DNA of 32,000 bases, from the NCBI GenBank assembly GCA_041494705.1, contig JBGQBI010000001.1:390001-422000 (forward strand). The letters are read 5' to 3'. A program made the translations under genes and the position numbers. The stretch's first letter is position 1. Every line of letters starts with the position of its first letter. The notes beneath the pieces are model-generated. The model saw only the letters and a list, made by a program, of their open reading frames with translations. It was not told the origin of the DNA and made no database searches. Of this stretch, positions 8,693-18,241 are shown in pieces. Origin of the DNA: Candidatus Methanoperedens sp. Its GTDB lineage: Archaea; Halobacteriota; Methanosarcinia; Methanosarcinales; Methanoperedenaceae.

Positions 8693-9019
8693 ATGAAGAA
8701 AATAGATGAAAGTGCAAAAAACAGGCTGTTAAAATTTCTCATGAATGACAAGAAAGGTATCAGGAAATCTCTTCTTAATCTCTTTTTACAGGCGAAAAGT
8801 TGTACTACTGTTGAAATTTATGATTTCCTCGTTAAGCAGGGTTTTAATGTCAATTACAGGGCAGTCTCTTCCATCGTTGGACAAATGCATAGCAGACTTG
8901 GGATTCTACGGTTCTATTTGACTAACGAACATAATGTCTATACCCTTAAGGAAGACTATTTGGACATTGTAAAGATAGCTTTGACTCCTGTCTCGACCTG
9001 GGATTCAATATCCATGTGA
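8693..9019 (+). CDS. Small hypothetical protein, possibly winged-helix DNA-binding
   Basis: A 108-aa ORF with SD aaaggtga upstream. It has a helix-rich basic pattern. The family is not confidently recognised. Confidence 0.5.
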   Translation: MKKIDESAKNRLLKFLMNDKKGIRKSLLNLFLQAKSCTTVEIYDFLVKQGFNVNYRAVSSIVGQMHSRLGILRFYLTNEHNVYTLKEDYLDIVKIALTPVSTWDSISM

Positions 9020-9101
9020 TAGTGCCCAAAAAATACGCAGGCGGAAAACTGCTTGGTTAAAAATAAATAATATATAATAAAATATATATAGAGGATTAAA
9101 C

Positions 9102-9431
9102 ATGAAAAAACAATATAGAATAATATTTGCACTATGTGTGACAGCTTTATTCGTTTTGGGAGTAGCATTTGGAGCTACAAATCTGACGAAAAATTTCACA
9201 GATGTAAATGAAACAAATGAAAACGAAACAAATGCAACGGAAATTGCACTTGAAACAGGAAATGCCTCAGTTATGCCTGTAAATACTACTGTCGAACCTG
9301 CTACCGTTTTAGAGACGACTATTGAGCCTACAATTCCAGCATCAACTCCTAAGCCATCTCCTGGATTTGGGATATTAGTGGCTATAGTGGTCGTTCTATC
9401 TGCAATATATATACGCGGAAAGAGAAGATAG
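9102..9431 (+). CDS. Secreted PGF-CTERM protein, dense in N-glycosylation sequons
   Basis: Signal peptide, seven N-x-S/T sequons (NLT, NFT, NET, NET, NAT, NAS, NTT) and a Thr/Pro-rich linker. The C-terminus is SPGFGILVAIVVVLSAIYIRGKRR. Confidence 0.7.
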   Translation: MKKQYRIIFALCVTALFVLGVAFGATNLTKNFTDVNETNENETNATEIALETGNASVMPVNTTVEPATVLETTIEPTIPASTPKPSPGFGILVAIVVVLSAIYIRGKRR

Positions 9432-9520
9432 AAAGACCAACAATTGCTAATTCGATAATACTCTTCCGGATAATACCAAACAATACATATCCATTAAAAT
9501 CCTAAAGAGTATAAATAAGA

Positions 9521-9985
9521 ATGGCATTATTTGAATTATTTATATCCTATGGCATGATTGGTCTTTTTATCATTAGTATTATTTCATCCATCATACCAAT
9601 ACCTACAGAGCCTGTGGTATTTGGACTGCTTGGTGTAGGAGGAAATCCCGGATTAATATTTTTAACTTTGACATCAGGCTCAGTACTTGGAGCATCTTTA
9701 GGCTATTTCATGGGAAAACATGGACTTACAAAAATTATCCAATTTCATGATAAGGAAAAAGAAAAAACGACCTATATGTATTTTCGGAAATATGGTGTGT
9801 TGTTCCTCTTGATTTCACCATGGATTCCTTTCGTTGTCGACCTTGCTCCTATGCTAGCTGGAATAGGAAATTATGACTCAAAACGGTTCTTGATTGTGAT
9901 TTCAATTGCAAATATTATTAAGAGTGTAGGAATTGTTTACCTATCTATCACAATAATTTCCTGGTGGACGTTCTTCATGAAATAA
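9521..9985 (+). CDS. DedA/YqaA-type (VTT domain) membrane protein
   Basis: IPIPTEPVV, GASLGYFMGKHG and a multi-TM layout typical of the short DedA/YqaA family. Confidence 0.65.
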   Translation: MALFELFISYGMIGLFIISIISSIIPIPTEPVVFGLLGVGGNPGLIFLTLTSGSVLGASLGYFMGKHGLTKIIQFHDKEKEKTTYMYFRKYGVLFLLISPWIPFVVDLAPMLAGIGNYDSKRFLIVISIANIIKSVGIVYLSITIISWWTFFMK

Positions 9986-10232
9986 GGTGGATGTTGTTGA
10001 TGTTGGTTTTGAGCTTCAAGAGTCAGGGATATTAAATTAAGCATAATTTTATTAATAAGCAGGTTATTGAAGTAATTGGTGACACTGTGAATATTCTTGA
10101 AGTTACAGAGGATAAAATCTTTCAAACATTAGGTAAAGGCAGAGACGCAAAATATAAACCCATAGATAGAGCCAACCTGAAAAAACCCATTGAACCTTTT
10201 GATTTTACTCGTCTCCTAAAGTGAAAACATAC

Positions 10233-11174
10233 TTATGATTTCCAGTTAGAATTAATCTCCCCCAATCCCCAGCCCAGATATTCCTTGATAATAACGTACG
10301 CCATCTCCGGCGGTATCGCCCCGACTTCCGTGCATATCAAATCAATATACTCGCGAGGCGTAATATCAAACGCCGGGTTTTTCACCCTTACATTTGAAAA
10401 TTCAAGGAGTTTTTCTTTGCTTATCACCTCATCGCTATTGCGTTCCTCTATTTCCACAAGTTCTCCAAGCAAAGTTCTCGGGCTGAATTTATAGGTCTCG
10501 GCAGCGATTATTACGTTTTTCCTGGCTTCATGGGCGGCGAGAGCAACCTGTGACGTCCCTATTTTATTGATGACCGAACCATTGGCTGTAACCGCATCAG
10601 CGCCCATAATCACAAGGTCTATATCTTTCATGAAATATCGCACCGCAGAGTCCACAATCAACGATGTTTCTATCCCGAGTGAGTCAAGCTGCTTAATGGT
10701 AAGGTGACCCTGCATCCTCGGTCGTGATTCCGTGGCAATCACATTAATCTTTTTCCCGCTGGCATGCGCCTCAGCCATAATCGAAATGGCAGCAGACGAA
10801 TTGCAATGCGTCATTATGGTATCCCCGTCCCTCACTCTCCGGGCTCCTATCTCGCCTATCTTTCTTACCGCGTTTTCGGAACTGGCGATGAATTCATCAG
10901 CCAGTTTTCTAACGTTGGCTTTTGCTTCTTCCAGATTTTCCCCTTCATACCTCATCACAGCCCTGACTGCATTCGGAAGCGATACCGCAGTCGGCCGCGT
11001 GCTGATAAGCAGTTCAGCCGCGTATTTCATCTTTTTATTAAAATCATCAAGGTCCCTAGTTGTGATGCGTCCTGCATAATCGCGAAGTTCAGCCGCCGCA
11101 GCGCGCGCAATCCTTCCCGCCCCCCGGATTTCCATGCTTTTTATTTTTTCTGCCGTCTCCTTAAGCTGTTTCAT
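10233..11174 (-). CDS. eIF-2B alpha/beta/delta-family protein, likely ribose-1,5-bisphosphate isomerase
   Basis: The N-terminus IKSMEIRGAGRIARAAA and the rest of the sequence match the archaeal e2b2 type. The start overlaps the cobQ stop by 4 nt. Confidence 0.8.
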   Translation of the reverse strand: MKQLKETAEKIKSMEIRGAGRIARAAAAELRDYAGRITTRDLDDFNKKMKYAAELLISTRPTAVSLPNAVRAVMRYEGENLEEAKANVRKLADEFIASSENAVRKIGEIGARRVRDGDTIMTHCNSSAAISIMAEAHASGKKINVIATESRPRMQGHLTIKQLDSLGIETSLIVDSAVRYFMKDIDLVIMGADAVTANGSVINKIGTSQVALAAHEARKNVIIAAETYKFSPRTLLGELVEIEERNSDEVISKEKLLEFSNVRVKNPAFDITPREYIDLICTEVGAIPPEMAYVIIKEYLGWGLGEINSNWKS

Positions 11175-12625
11175 TGTCCCTCCAGAATACTATATATCAG
11201 GTTCATATTAATATGAGCTTCAATGTATCGTGCCAGCTCCTCTATGCCATCGTTCCTGTTTCCTTCTACATATGTAAGCCCTTTGCGATTATATAGGTAG
11301 CCGAGGAAAGATTTCCGTAAATTTTCATTATCAAATATCCCATGAAGGTATGTCCCTATGACAAGCCCGTTCTCGCTCTCGCCTCCATCATCGCCGAAAG
11401 CGGCTTTTCCCCCGTCAGTTTCACCCATGTGTATCTCGTAACCTTTTATTTTCTCGCCTCTGATGGGTGAAAGTATCATGCCGTTCCCTGTGACAATTTT
11501 TTCACTCTGCTTTGTTTGTTTTTCATATTTTCCAAACCGCGTGGACACCCCAAGAAGTCCCAGCCCTTTTATTGAACATGCGCCGTTTGTTCCTTCTATC
11601 CCGCTGTCAATGATTAAATCGCCAAGCATCTGGTAACCGCCGCAGATTCCGATAACAGGCGTCCCTTTCTTTGCTTCTTTTATTATTTTTTTATCCATTC
11701 CGCTTGCAATTAATTCTTTCAGGTCATCCATGGTATTTTTTGTCCCCGGCAATATGATGGCATCAGGCGCATCGAGTTCCTCATCAGGTTTCGTATACCG
11801 GACAAAAGCATAATGTTCAAGCGGTTCAAAATCCGTGAAATTCGATATGTGCGATAACCTTATCACTGCAATTTTTATTGGCTGGCCATTTTGATTTTGC
11901 GTTTTATCTTTTATGGAAACAGAATCCTCTGACGGTATTCTCATATCCGTGTACGGTATAACGCCAAGTACCGGAAGAGCCGTCAATTCTTCAAGCTGTT
12001 TTATTCCAGGTTCAAGCAGTCTCATGTCTCCCCTGAATTTGTTTATCACAAGCCCGCGTACAAGCTGTTTTACATCAGGAGGCAGTAATTGCAAAGTTCC
12101 ATAAATGCTCGCAAACACCCCGCCGCGCTCGATATCACCGACAAGGATTACGGGCGGCCTGATCAGGCGCGCCATGCCTATATTCACGATATCGCGGGAA
12201 TAAAGGTTTATTTCCGCTGCGCCTCCCGCTCCCTCAATTACTATAACATCATGCGAGCTTGCTAAGCGGTTATATGCCCCGGCAACGGTTGACTTTATTT
12301 CATCTATTGAATCATAGTATTCACCCGCTTCCTTATCCGCATACGGTTTTCCCAGGATTACCACCTGCGAGATATGATTGCCTTTTGGCTTTAGAAGAAC
12401 CGGGTTCATATCTGCGCTGGGTTCAAGTCCTGCGGCTTTTGCCTGGATAGCCTGTGCAATCCCTATCTCTTTGCCGTCCTCTGTCACCCATGAGTTGAGG
12501 CTCATATTCTGCGCCTTGAAAGGGGCGACGTTATATTTTCTTGAAAGAATCCGGCAAAGCGCTGTCACGAGTATGCTTTTTCCAACATGGGAACCCGTCC
12601 CCATGACCATGAGGTTCTTTGTCAT
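11171..12625 (-). CDS. cobQ: Cobyric acid synthase
   Basis: MTKNLMVMGTGSHVGKS N-terminus, glutamine amidotransferase motif GICGGYQMLG and GYEIHMG. The start is trimmed to the ATG at 12625, which forms an ATGA overlap with the upstream gene's stop. Confidence 0.9.
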   Translation of the reverse strand: MTKNLMVMGTGSHVGKSILVTALCRILSRKYNVAPFKAQNMSLNSWVTEDGKEIGIAQAIQAKAAGLEPSADMNPVLLKPKGNHISQVVILGKPYADKEAGEYYDSIDEIKSTVAGAYNRLASSHDVIVIEGAGGAAEINLYSRDIVNIGMARLIRPPVILVGDIERGGVFASIYGTLQLLPPDVKQLVRGLVINKFRGDMRLLEPGIKQLEELTALPVLGVIPYTDMRIPSEDSVSIKDKTQNQNGQPIKIAVIRLSHISNFTDFEPLEHYAFVRYTKPDEELDAPDAIILPGTKNTMDDLKELIASGMDKKIIKEAKKGTPVIGICGGYQMLGDLIIDSGIEGTNGACSIKGLGLLGVSTRFGKYEKQTKQSEKIVTGNGMILSPIRGEKIKGYEIHMGETDGGKAAFGDDGGESENGLVIGTYLHGIFDNENLRKSFLGYLYNRKGLTYVEGNRNDGIEELARYIEAHINMNLIYSILEGQ

Positions 12626-13128
12626 GTTGCTTCCCGCCAGCGCCTGTAAGCTACACAAACACATGCCGTCAGGACAAACACCATTGCGCCCGTGCCTGTG
12701 CTGTCTGAAATATAACCGTATGCAGTCTTCCATCCCTCGGCGTATGGCCTGAAGCCGTAATCAAATGTCCAGAGTAAATTATTAGTCTGGCTCATCATGA
12801 GGCTTGCATCCACAAACGCCATCCCGTTATATATCGGATAAAAAAGCACTATGCCGCCGGCGAACATATCAAGCAGCACATGAGATGCGATATAGACAGA
12901 AGCAATCAGGAAAATCGCCCTGTATTTCCTGCTTAATAACCCGAACAGCGCAAGGATTAAGGGAATAAACATATTATGCAAAAGCGCCCTGTGCTGGCTG
13001 GCAAACGTATCAAAATCAGGAAGCAGGGCAAGCGGCAGCAAGAGAAAGACATACTTTAGATTCTCTTTCCTGCTGACAATCAACAGGGCAAGCAGGGGAA
13101 CAATTAAATGTATCGGCCAATCAGGCAT
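12622..13128 (-). CDS. Membrane-bound metal-dependent hydrolase (DUF457/YdjM-like)
   Basis: A polytopic small protein with a conserved His near the N-terminus and an LLPDFDTFASQHRALLHN motif. Confidence 0.6.
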   Translation of the reverse strand: MPDWPIHLIVPLLALLIVSRKENLKYVFLLLPLALLPDFDTFASQHRALLHNMFIPLILALFGLLSRKYRAIFLIASVYIASHVLLDMFAGGIVLFYPIYNGMAFVDASLMMSQTNNLLWTFDYGFRPYAEGWKTAYGYISDSTGTGAMVFVLTACVCVAYRRWREAT

Positions 13129-13129
13129 G

Positions 13130-13756
13130 TTATTCGATTTTATCCACTCTTGTTACGCGCAATAAGGCATTAAGAGGAACACCTGAAATATCATCAATAC
13201 CTTTTTTATCTATCAATACTGCAATCGCAACAGGTTTGGCACCAAGTCCTTCAAGCACAGCCACAGCTTCTTTGATAGTAGTCCCTGATGTGACCACATC
13301 GTCTATCAAAACACAGTTCTTGCCCTCCACTCTTGCGAAGTTCTGGCTGATAGTGCCCTTTATTTCTTTTGATTCTGGCTCCCAGCGCTGTTTATTGGGA
13401 TGATACGTTGTAAATTCGCATCCGAGTTCATCAGCTATCAGGTTTGCAAGAGGTATTCCTGAAAGGGCAACCCCGACAACTACGTCTATTCCCTGTTCGG
13501 TCCCCTCAAGGCAGTCAAGTATCATGTCCAGCAGTGCGCCGGCTATCAGCCTCTGCCTGTAAGAGCTTCTTCCGATGTTGCTCCAGTCAATGTAAATATC
13601 CTTGGGTGCTGCTGTGGAATCTCCTTTTTTCGCATGGACAAGGAGCCATGTGGCAGTCTCGCGCGAAACATTGAGTTCGTCAGCAATCTGACCTGTTAAG
13701 AGCCCTGATGCCTGTAGTTCAATGGCTTTTCGGGTTAGTTCATCGATTGTTTTCAT
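13130..13756 (-). CDS. PyrE-like phosphoribosyltransferase-fold protein with an N-terminal HTH (GfcR-type regulator)
   Basis: HTH LTGQIADELNVSRETATWLL plus the PRPP-binding loop CVLIDDVVTSGTT. The start is trimmed to the ATG at 13756. Confidence 0.7.
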   Translation of the reverse strand: MKTIDELTRKAIELQASGLLTGQIADELNVSRETATWLLVHAKKGDSTAAPKDIYIDWSNIGRSSYRQRLIAGALLDMILDCLEGTEQGIDVVVGVALSGIPLANLIADELGCEFTTYHPNKQRWEPESKEIKGTISQNFARVEGKNCVLIDDVVTSGTTIKEAVAVLEGLGAKPVAIAVLIDKKGIDDISGVPLNALLRVTRVDKIE

Positions 13757-13853
13757 AAAATCACCGGGATAGCAATACTTCTTTTTCTTTGTATTTAATA
13801 CGTTACGATAAAACCGCAATAGTTATAACATAAAAACCCAATTAAAAAAACGA

Positions 13854-14534
13854 ATGGCAAAAAAGAAGAAGCAAAAGCTCCCTGAGAAAAAATCAAACCC
13901 GACTCTGGTATATGCAGGAGTGGCAGTGGTTGTTGTTGTGGCGCTGGTATTATTTTTCCTCTCCACCTCACAGAAGCCAGCGGAGAACCCTCTAACAACC
14001 CAAGAACGTGCGACGCTAAATTTTTCCACAACTTATGAGCCAGGCAAGGTTAAAATCATTGAGTTTTTGAAATTCAACTGCCCTTTTTGTTATATGCTTC
14101 ATACGAACATGCCCCAGGTTCTGGAAAAATATGGCGATAATGTCACGATAACTTATGTTCCAATAGTATGGCCGGGAGAATCAACCAAGAGCATAGAAGC
14201 TTATATCATTGCGGAGCAGATGGGGAAGGGCAAAGAGATGCAGGATGCCTTGTTTAAAGAGGCGGCTGCGGAAGGATTAACTAATGGAAAAGAAAATTTG
14301 ATTATGATGAATAGCGTGCCGACCCTGGAAGGGGTTGCTGCGAGCATAGGACTTGGCGCAGACTTCAACACGAAACTTGAGGGAAATGATGCGAGGGGAG
14401 CTGCCCTCGTAAATCTTGAATTCATGAATAAATACGGCGTACAGTCGACTCCAACGATTATAATTAATGGGAATCCGGTCAATCCTCCGACAGCAGCGAA
14501 TCTGGACGCGGTTATCAGTTCGCTCCTTGGCTAA
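13854..14534 (+). CDS. Membrane-anchored DsbA-like thiol:disulfide oxidoreductase
   Basis: N-terminal TM helix and a thioredoxin fold with an FNCPFCY active site. Confidence 0.75.
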   Translation: MAKKKKQKLPEKKSNPTLVYAGVAVVVVVALVLFFLSTSQKPAENPLTTQERATLNFSTTYEPGKVKIIEFLKFNCPFCYMLHTNMPQVLEKYGDNVTITYVPIVWPGESTKSIEAYIIAEQMGKGKEMQDALFKEAAAEGLTNGKENLIMMNSVPTLEGVAASIGLGADFNTKLEGNDARGAALVNLEFMNKYGVQSTPTIIINGNPVNPPTAANLDAVISSLLG

Positions 14535-16261
14535 ATTATCCCCGCATACATCAAAACCGCAATTGCGAGCAAAGTAACCCCAGTTACCAGCCGCATCGCA
14601 GCCCTCTTTTCTTTCCTGAACTTTTCGACCTTCTCAGGGTTCAATCCAAAAGCAATCGCGGCGCCAAGCACAAGCACAGGCAGCACCACGCCGAAGTTGT
14701 ACGCTGCAAGATATACGTATCCTGTGCCTTTACCGCTTCTCACCATATCAAGAATCACAAAATAAACCGCGCCAACGCATGGGGCTTTAATGAGAGAGAA
14801 GAGAGCACCCATGAAAAACGATGCCGGAAGACTAACCTTCTTTGTCACGCTCTCAGTGAGGCGGATGAAAGCTTTCGGGGTATAGAACGAGGATTCTGTA
14901 TTCTTCCTGAGATGATATGCGTCATAGACATGCCAGAGCCCCAGAATGCCGATAAGGACTATGAGGAAACTCTTAATACCGGATTGTAAACCTGGCGCCC
15001 TATCTAAAATACTTAGAAGTCCGATTCCGACTATAAGGTAGGTCACGAAAATCCCAAGGCTGAACATTAGAACGATAAGAAGGACGTTGCGCCTCCTGCC
15101 TGTGGTTGCAAGGGTAACCGATGCGATAAAAGCAAGTATCGCAAGAAGGCAAGGGTTAAAACCTGCAAGGAAGCCCACAACGAGAACGGACGGCACTGAA
15201 AGCTGGATGGCTTTTCCGGATGAGGTATTTGCGGCCTGGGGCGCTGTGTATGCCCTGTCAATTTCTTCTCTCAGGAGCGTCTCAAGCTTTGCAGTATCGC
15301 CGTTATAATTTTCATATGAAATCAGCCTTTCTTTGTCCCCGTTAATGACCACGGAAGGTGTTCCCGGAATCCCGTACTTTATGGCAAGCCCGCGTCCTTC
15401 TTCGTTGGCATTATATTCTGTGAAATTCACCCTGCTGCCATAGGTTTTTATGACAGCTTCGACTACGGGCGTTGCTTTTTCGCATTTTGAGCATCCCGGG
15501 ATGTAGAAATACTCAACGGTCACCGCATTCCCGCCATGTGTGGTGTTTACAGGCGAAGGTTCAATTAGCGGATTATTACTTGGCACTTCTGGCTGTTCAA
15601 CCGGACCTGTTTGATTTTCCCTTTCAAGCGTGATATTCCTGAAAGTCTCAAAAGTCTTGCCACCTATATTGATGGTAGCATTGACTGCATATACCCCGGG
15701 CGAAAGGGCTGAACATGCCTCGCACGATGGTGTCGTGAACTCAAAATTGAAAAAATTTGCTCCATTTCTAAAAGCTACATCTCTTGTTTCGTTTATTAAC
15801 GCCCTGCCAAATGCGTTCTTTATTCCTGATACCTGGATTTGCCCATTCCCGCCGCCAAGAGAATTAAAAAATACTTGGATTTTAAGAGTTTCATTGGACT
15901 GGTAAACATCTTTTTCTGTAAAGTTTGGTCTATCTTGGAAAGTTATGGTAAGGATATTATTGATTGTTCTGGGTTCCAACGACCTGTTATTAAATATACC
16001 GCATACAAGCGCAAGAGTCCCATTTGTTTCATCATATGAAATAACCTGGTTTTTTCCTATCGGGATTCCGGAAATGGCATTATTGTTTAAAATCCCGTTG
16101 ATGCAGACCTCTTTCCCTTCATATGCAGCCGAATTTGATAGCAACTGCGAAGATGAAACACCTTTATCATTAGATGGTGCCAGGCATCCGATTGCCAGGA
16201 AAATGGATAAAACAAGGATTATTGGTAAATATTTCATGATTGCACATTTTGTTTTTGTCAT
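14531..16261 (-). CDS. Fusion protein: exported domain of unknown function, thioredoxin-like domain and CcdA/DsbD transmembrane domain
   Basis: Signal/lipobox-like LAIGC and a CEAC in the unknown domain. The Trx-like domain has YIPGCSKCE. The C-terminal 6-TM region has FNPC and KAPCVGAVY, the DsbD-family cysteines. An alternative start lies at 16237. Confidence 0.75.
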   Translation of the reverse strand: MTKTKCAIMKYLPIILVLSIFLAIGCLAPSNDKGVSSSQLLSNSAAYEGKEVCINGILNNNAISGIPIGKNQVISYDETNGTLALVCGIFNNRSLEPRTINNILTITFQDRPNFTEKDVYQSNETLKIQVFFNSLGGGNGQIQVSGIKNAFGRALINETRDVAFRNGANFFNFEFTTPSCEACSALSPGVYAVNATINIGGKTFETFRNITLERENQTGPVEQPEVPSNNPLIEPSPVNTTHGGNAVTVEYFYIPGCSKCEKATPVVEAVIKTYGSRVNFTEYNANEEGRGLAIKYGIPGTPSVVINGDKERLISYENYNGDTAKLETLLREEIDRAYTAPQAANTSSGKAIQLSVPSVLVVGFLAGFNPCLLAILAFIASVTLATTGRRRNVLLIVLMFSLGIFVTYLIVGIGLLSILDRAPGLQSGIKSFLIVLIGILGLWHVYDAYHLRKNTESSFYTPKAFIRLTESVTKKVSLPASFFMGALFSLIKAPCVGAVYFVILDMVRSGKGTGYVYLAAYNFGVVLPVLVLGAAIAFGLNPEKVEKFRKEKRAAMRLVTGVTLLAIAVLMYAGII

Positions 16262-16263
16262 TT

Positions 16264-17616
16264 CTATTTTTCGAAAAATTTCCTGAGGAACTTCCTGAAC
16301 TCATTGTCTTTGATACTTAATATCTCTTCATCTTCCAGAACATGAAATTCTTTTTTGATGCTCAATGCAAGATGTTTTCCAAGCGCGCAATTTAAAATCT
16401 CGGATTCAACAAGTTTTTTTGCCCGGTCATACTTCCTCGGGATTTCGACCATATATCTCCCGTCCCGGATAAATACATTGGAAAAAGTATCGGAACCGGT
16501 GTATTTGGACTTGAAAGCCAGAGCATGTTCTTTTGACCATACCTGCGGACCTGCGTGTATTTTTACATGAGGAAGCTTTGAAGACTCAAGTTCGAAAAGA
16601 ACAACCGCAGACTTTTCCGCCCACACGCTTTTGTTATACACATGAAAATCATATCTCTCAAACATTTCATGAAGGGATTCCCGGACTTTATAGAGCTGGG
16701 GAAACAATACATCATCAACTAAATCCGGGGCAGCGAATTCAATGGCAAGCAATGAAGTCCCCCTGATTTTAAGGATTTTATTAAAACTTTTATCATCAAG
16801 AGGTTCCGGGACCTTCACGCTAAAATATGCTTCATCCGGATTTTTCAGGAATTCGCATGCCATGTCCATGAAAACACACATGTTATCAAGCGAAAGCACC
16901 GCCGCAACATTTCGCGCCGGGTCGGTGGGGTCAACCACTACCAAAGGGTCTTTATGAACAAGGGTTCCGTGTTTTTCTATGTCAATGGTTATACCGCTTT
17001 TCCACTCGCATGCGGCTTCAAGAACCTTAACAAAAGAGCCGTAATTGATTATCAGAAGTTCAACAAGATAGCCTGAAAATCCCTGTGTTTTTAACTCCGA
17101 GCCGTAAACCCCTATCCCTTTCAGGAATTGCTTTAAAACCAGTACCTCATCTTCAAGCCCCTTGATCATCGAAGAGACATAAATGTTATGGAACGGCGTC
17201 CTGTCCACCGCCGATTTTATTTCGGATGCGCGCTCCACTTTAAAAGCCGGGACAAGGTCAACCTCGAAACCATCAAATATCGCATGGATATACGGGTGCT
17301 CTGCATATCGCTCTTCAAAACCCTGCGAGCCCTCTGCTATTTTCCGGGCGATATAGAGCCCTTTTTCTTCAAGCTCTTTGCGTTCCACATCAGGCTGGAA
17401 CATAATGAAAATATCAAGGTCGTGCTCGCCTGATATCCATGTCTCGCGAGCGGATGAGCCCACAAGTTCCCCTTTGATATTAAGCCCTTCTGATTCGCCG
17501 ATGGCGTTAATTCGAGCGATTATGATTTTTGCAAGGGCTTTGAGCCTGGATTTTTCTGCTTCTGTGGGTTTTATACGCGAAAGGACTGAGGCGCAGATAG
17601 TGTGAATGTCGGTCAT
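16264..17616 (-). CDS. cca: CCA-adding tRNA nucleotidyltransferase (archaeal class I)
   Basis: Full-length match to the archaeal CCA enzyme pattern (GSSARETWISGEHDLDIF, RTPFHN). ATGA overlap with the thpR stop. Confidence 0.9.
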   Translation of the reverse strand: MTDIHTICASVLSRIKPTEAEKSRLKALAKIIIARINAIGESEGLNIKGELVGSSARETWISGEHDLDIFIMFQPDVERKELEEKGLYIARKIAEGSQGFEERYAEHPYIHAIFDGFEVDLVPAFKVERASEIKSAVDRTPFHNIYVSSMIKGLEDEVLVLKQFLKGIGVYGSELKTQGFSGYLVELLIINYGSFVKVLEAACEWKSGITIDIEKHGTLVHKDPLVVVDPTDPARNVAAVLSLDNMCVFMDMACEFLKNPDEAYFSVKVPEPLDDKSFNKILKIRGTSLLAIEFAAPDLVDDVLFPQLYKVRESLHEMFERYDFHVYNKSVWAEKSAVVLFELESSKLPHVKIHAGPQVWSKEHALAFKSKYTGSDTFSNVFIRDGRYMVEIPRKYDRAKKLVESEILNCALGKHLALSIKKEFHVLEDEEILSIKDNEFRKFLRKFFEK

Positions 17617-18149
17617 TGTAGTTTTATTTCCCTCAAGGTCTCATAAATCGGTCCCTGCGGCGTAAGCGTGCTTTTTTTGAGGCTTATTGTTCCTACATTA
17701 ATCGTACCAAGGTCTATATCCTCAAGCTGTTTTAATTTTTCAAAGAGCGCTGCCTTATCCCTGAGCTGCTTTACGCGCGCAAGCGTTGCATGGGGAGAGA
17801 ACTGGTGGTCTATTTCGAATTTGAATGGAGTAAGTACACGTTCAACTTCGTCATGCAGCGCATCAAAATTACCTTCAGCCCCGAGCCAGATAACCTTGAT
17901 ATAAGCAGGTTTCGGGAATACACCCACCCCTTTTATCCTGGCTTCAAATGGCTTGCAATTAACCTGCGATAGCGCGGATGCGATGGTTTCCACGTTATCT
18001 TCCGGGATATCCCCGAGGAATTTCAGGGTTATATGCACCTGTTTGGGTTCAACGAGCTTGATACCCTGGGTGTTAAGGACGGATTCGATTTTTTCAATTT
18101 CCGGCACTAACCTTTCAGGCAACTCGACAGCTATGAATGCGCGCAACAT
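17613..18149 (-). CDS. thpR: RNA 2',3'-cyclic phosphodiesterase (2H family, LigT/ThpR)
   Basis: Two HxT/S motifs, HITLKFLG and HATLAR. 178 aa. Confidence 0.85.
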   Translation of the reverse strand: MLRAFIAVELPERLVPEIEKIESVLNTQGIKLVEPKQVHITLKFLGDIPEDNVETIASALSQVNCKPFEARIKGVGVFPKPAYIKVIWLGAEGNFDALHDEVERVLTPFKFEIDHQFSPHATLARVKQLRDKAALFEKLKQLEDIDLGTINVGTISLKKSTLTPQGPIYETLREIKLQ

Positions 18150-18241
18150 AATCGTATTAACACTTTATAACCTTAAAAAATTGTCTGATTCGATAACTTG
18201 ATAATAAAAAGAGTGCGTTAAGTAATAAAGGTGCAAATAAA

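Noticed and set aside
9203-9245. An apparent short tandem repeat aatgaaac/aatgaaaa
   Set aside because: It reflects repeated Asn-Glu-Thr/Asn codons (N-glycosylation sequons) in the PGF-CTERM protein, not an independent DNA repeat.
10139-10151. A 13-nt exact match (gcagagacgcaaa) to one arm of the repeat family
   Set aside because: It is too short and lacks the second arm or flank. It could be a relic, but it cannot be distinguished from chance without a genome-wide model.
12626-12733. A 36-codon N-terminal extension of the cobQ ORF
   Set aside because: The canonical CobQ N-terminus (MTKNLMVMGTGSHVGKS) starts at 12625 with an ATGA overlap to the upstream gene. The extension would lie entirely within the DUF457 coding region.
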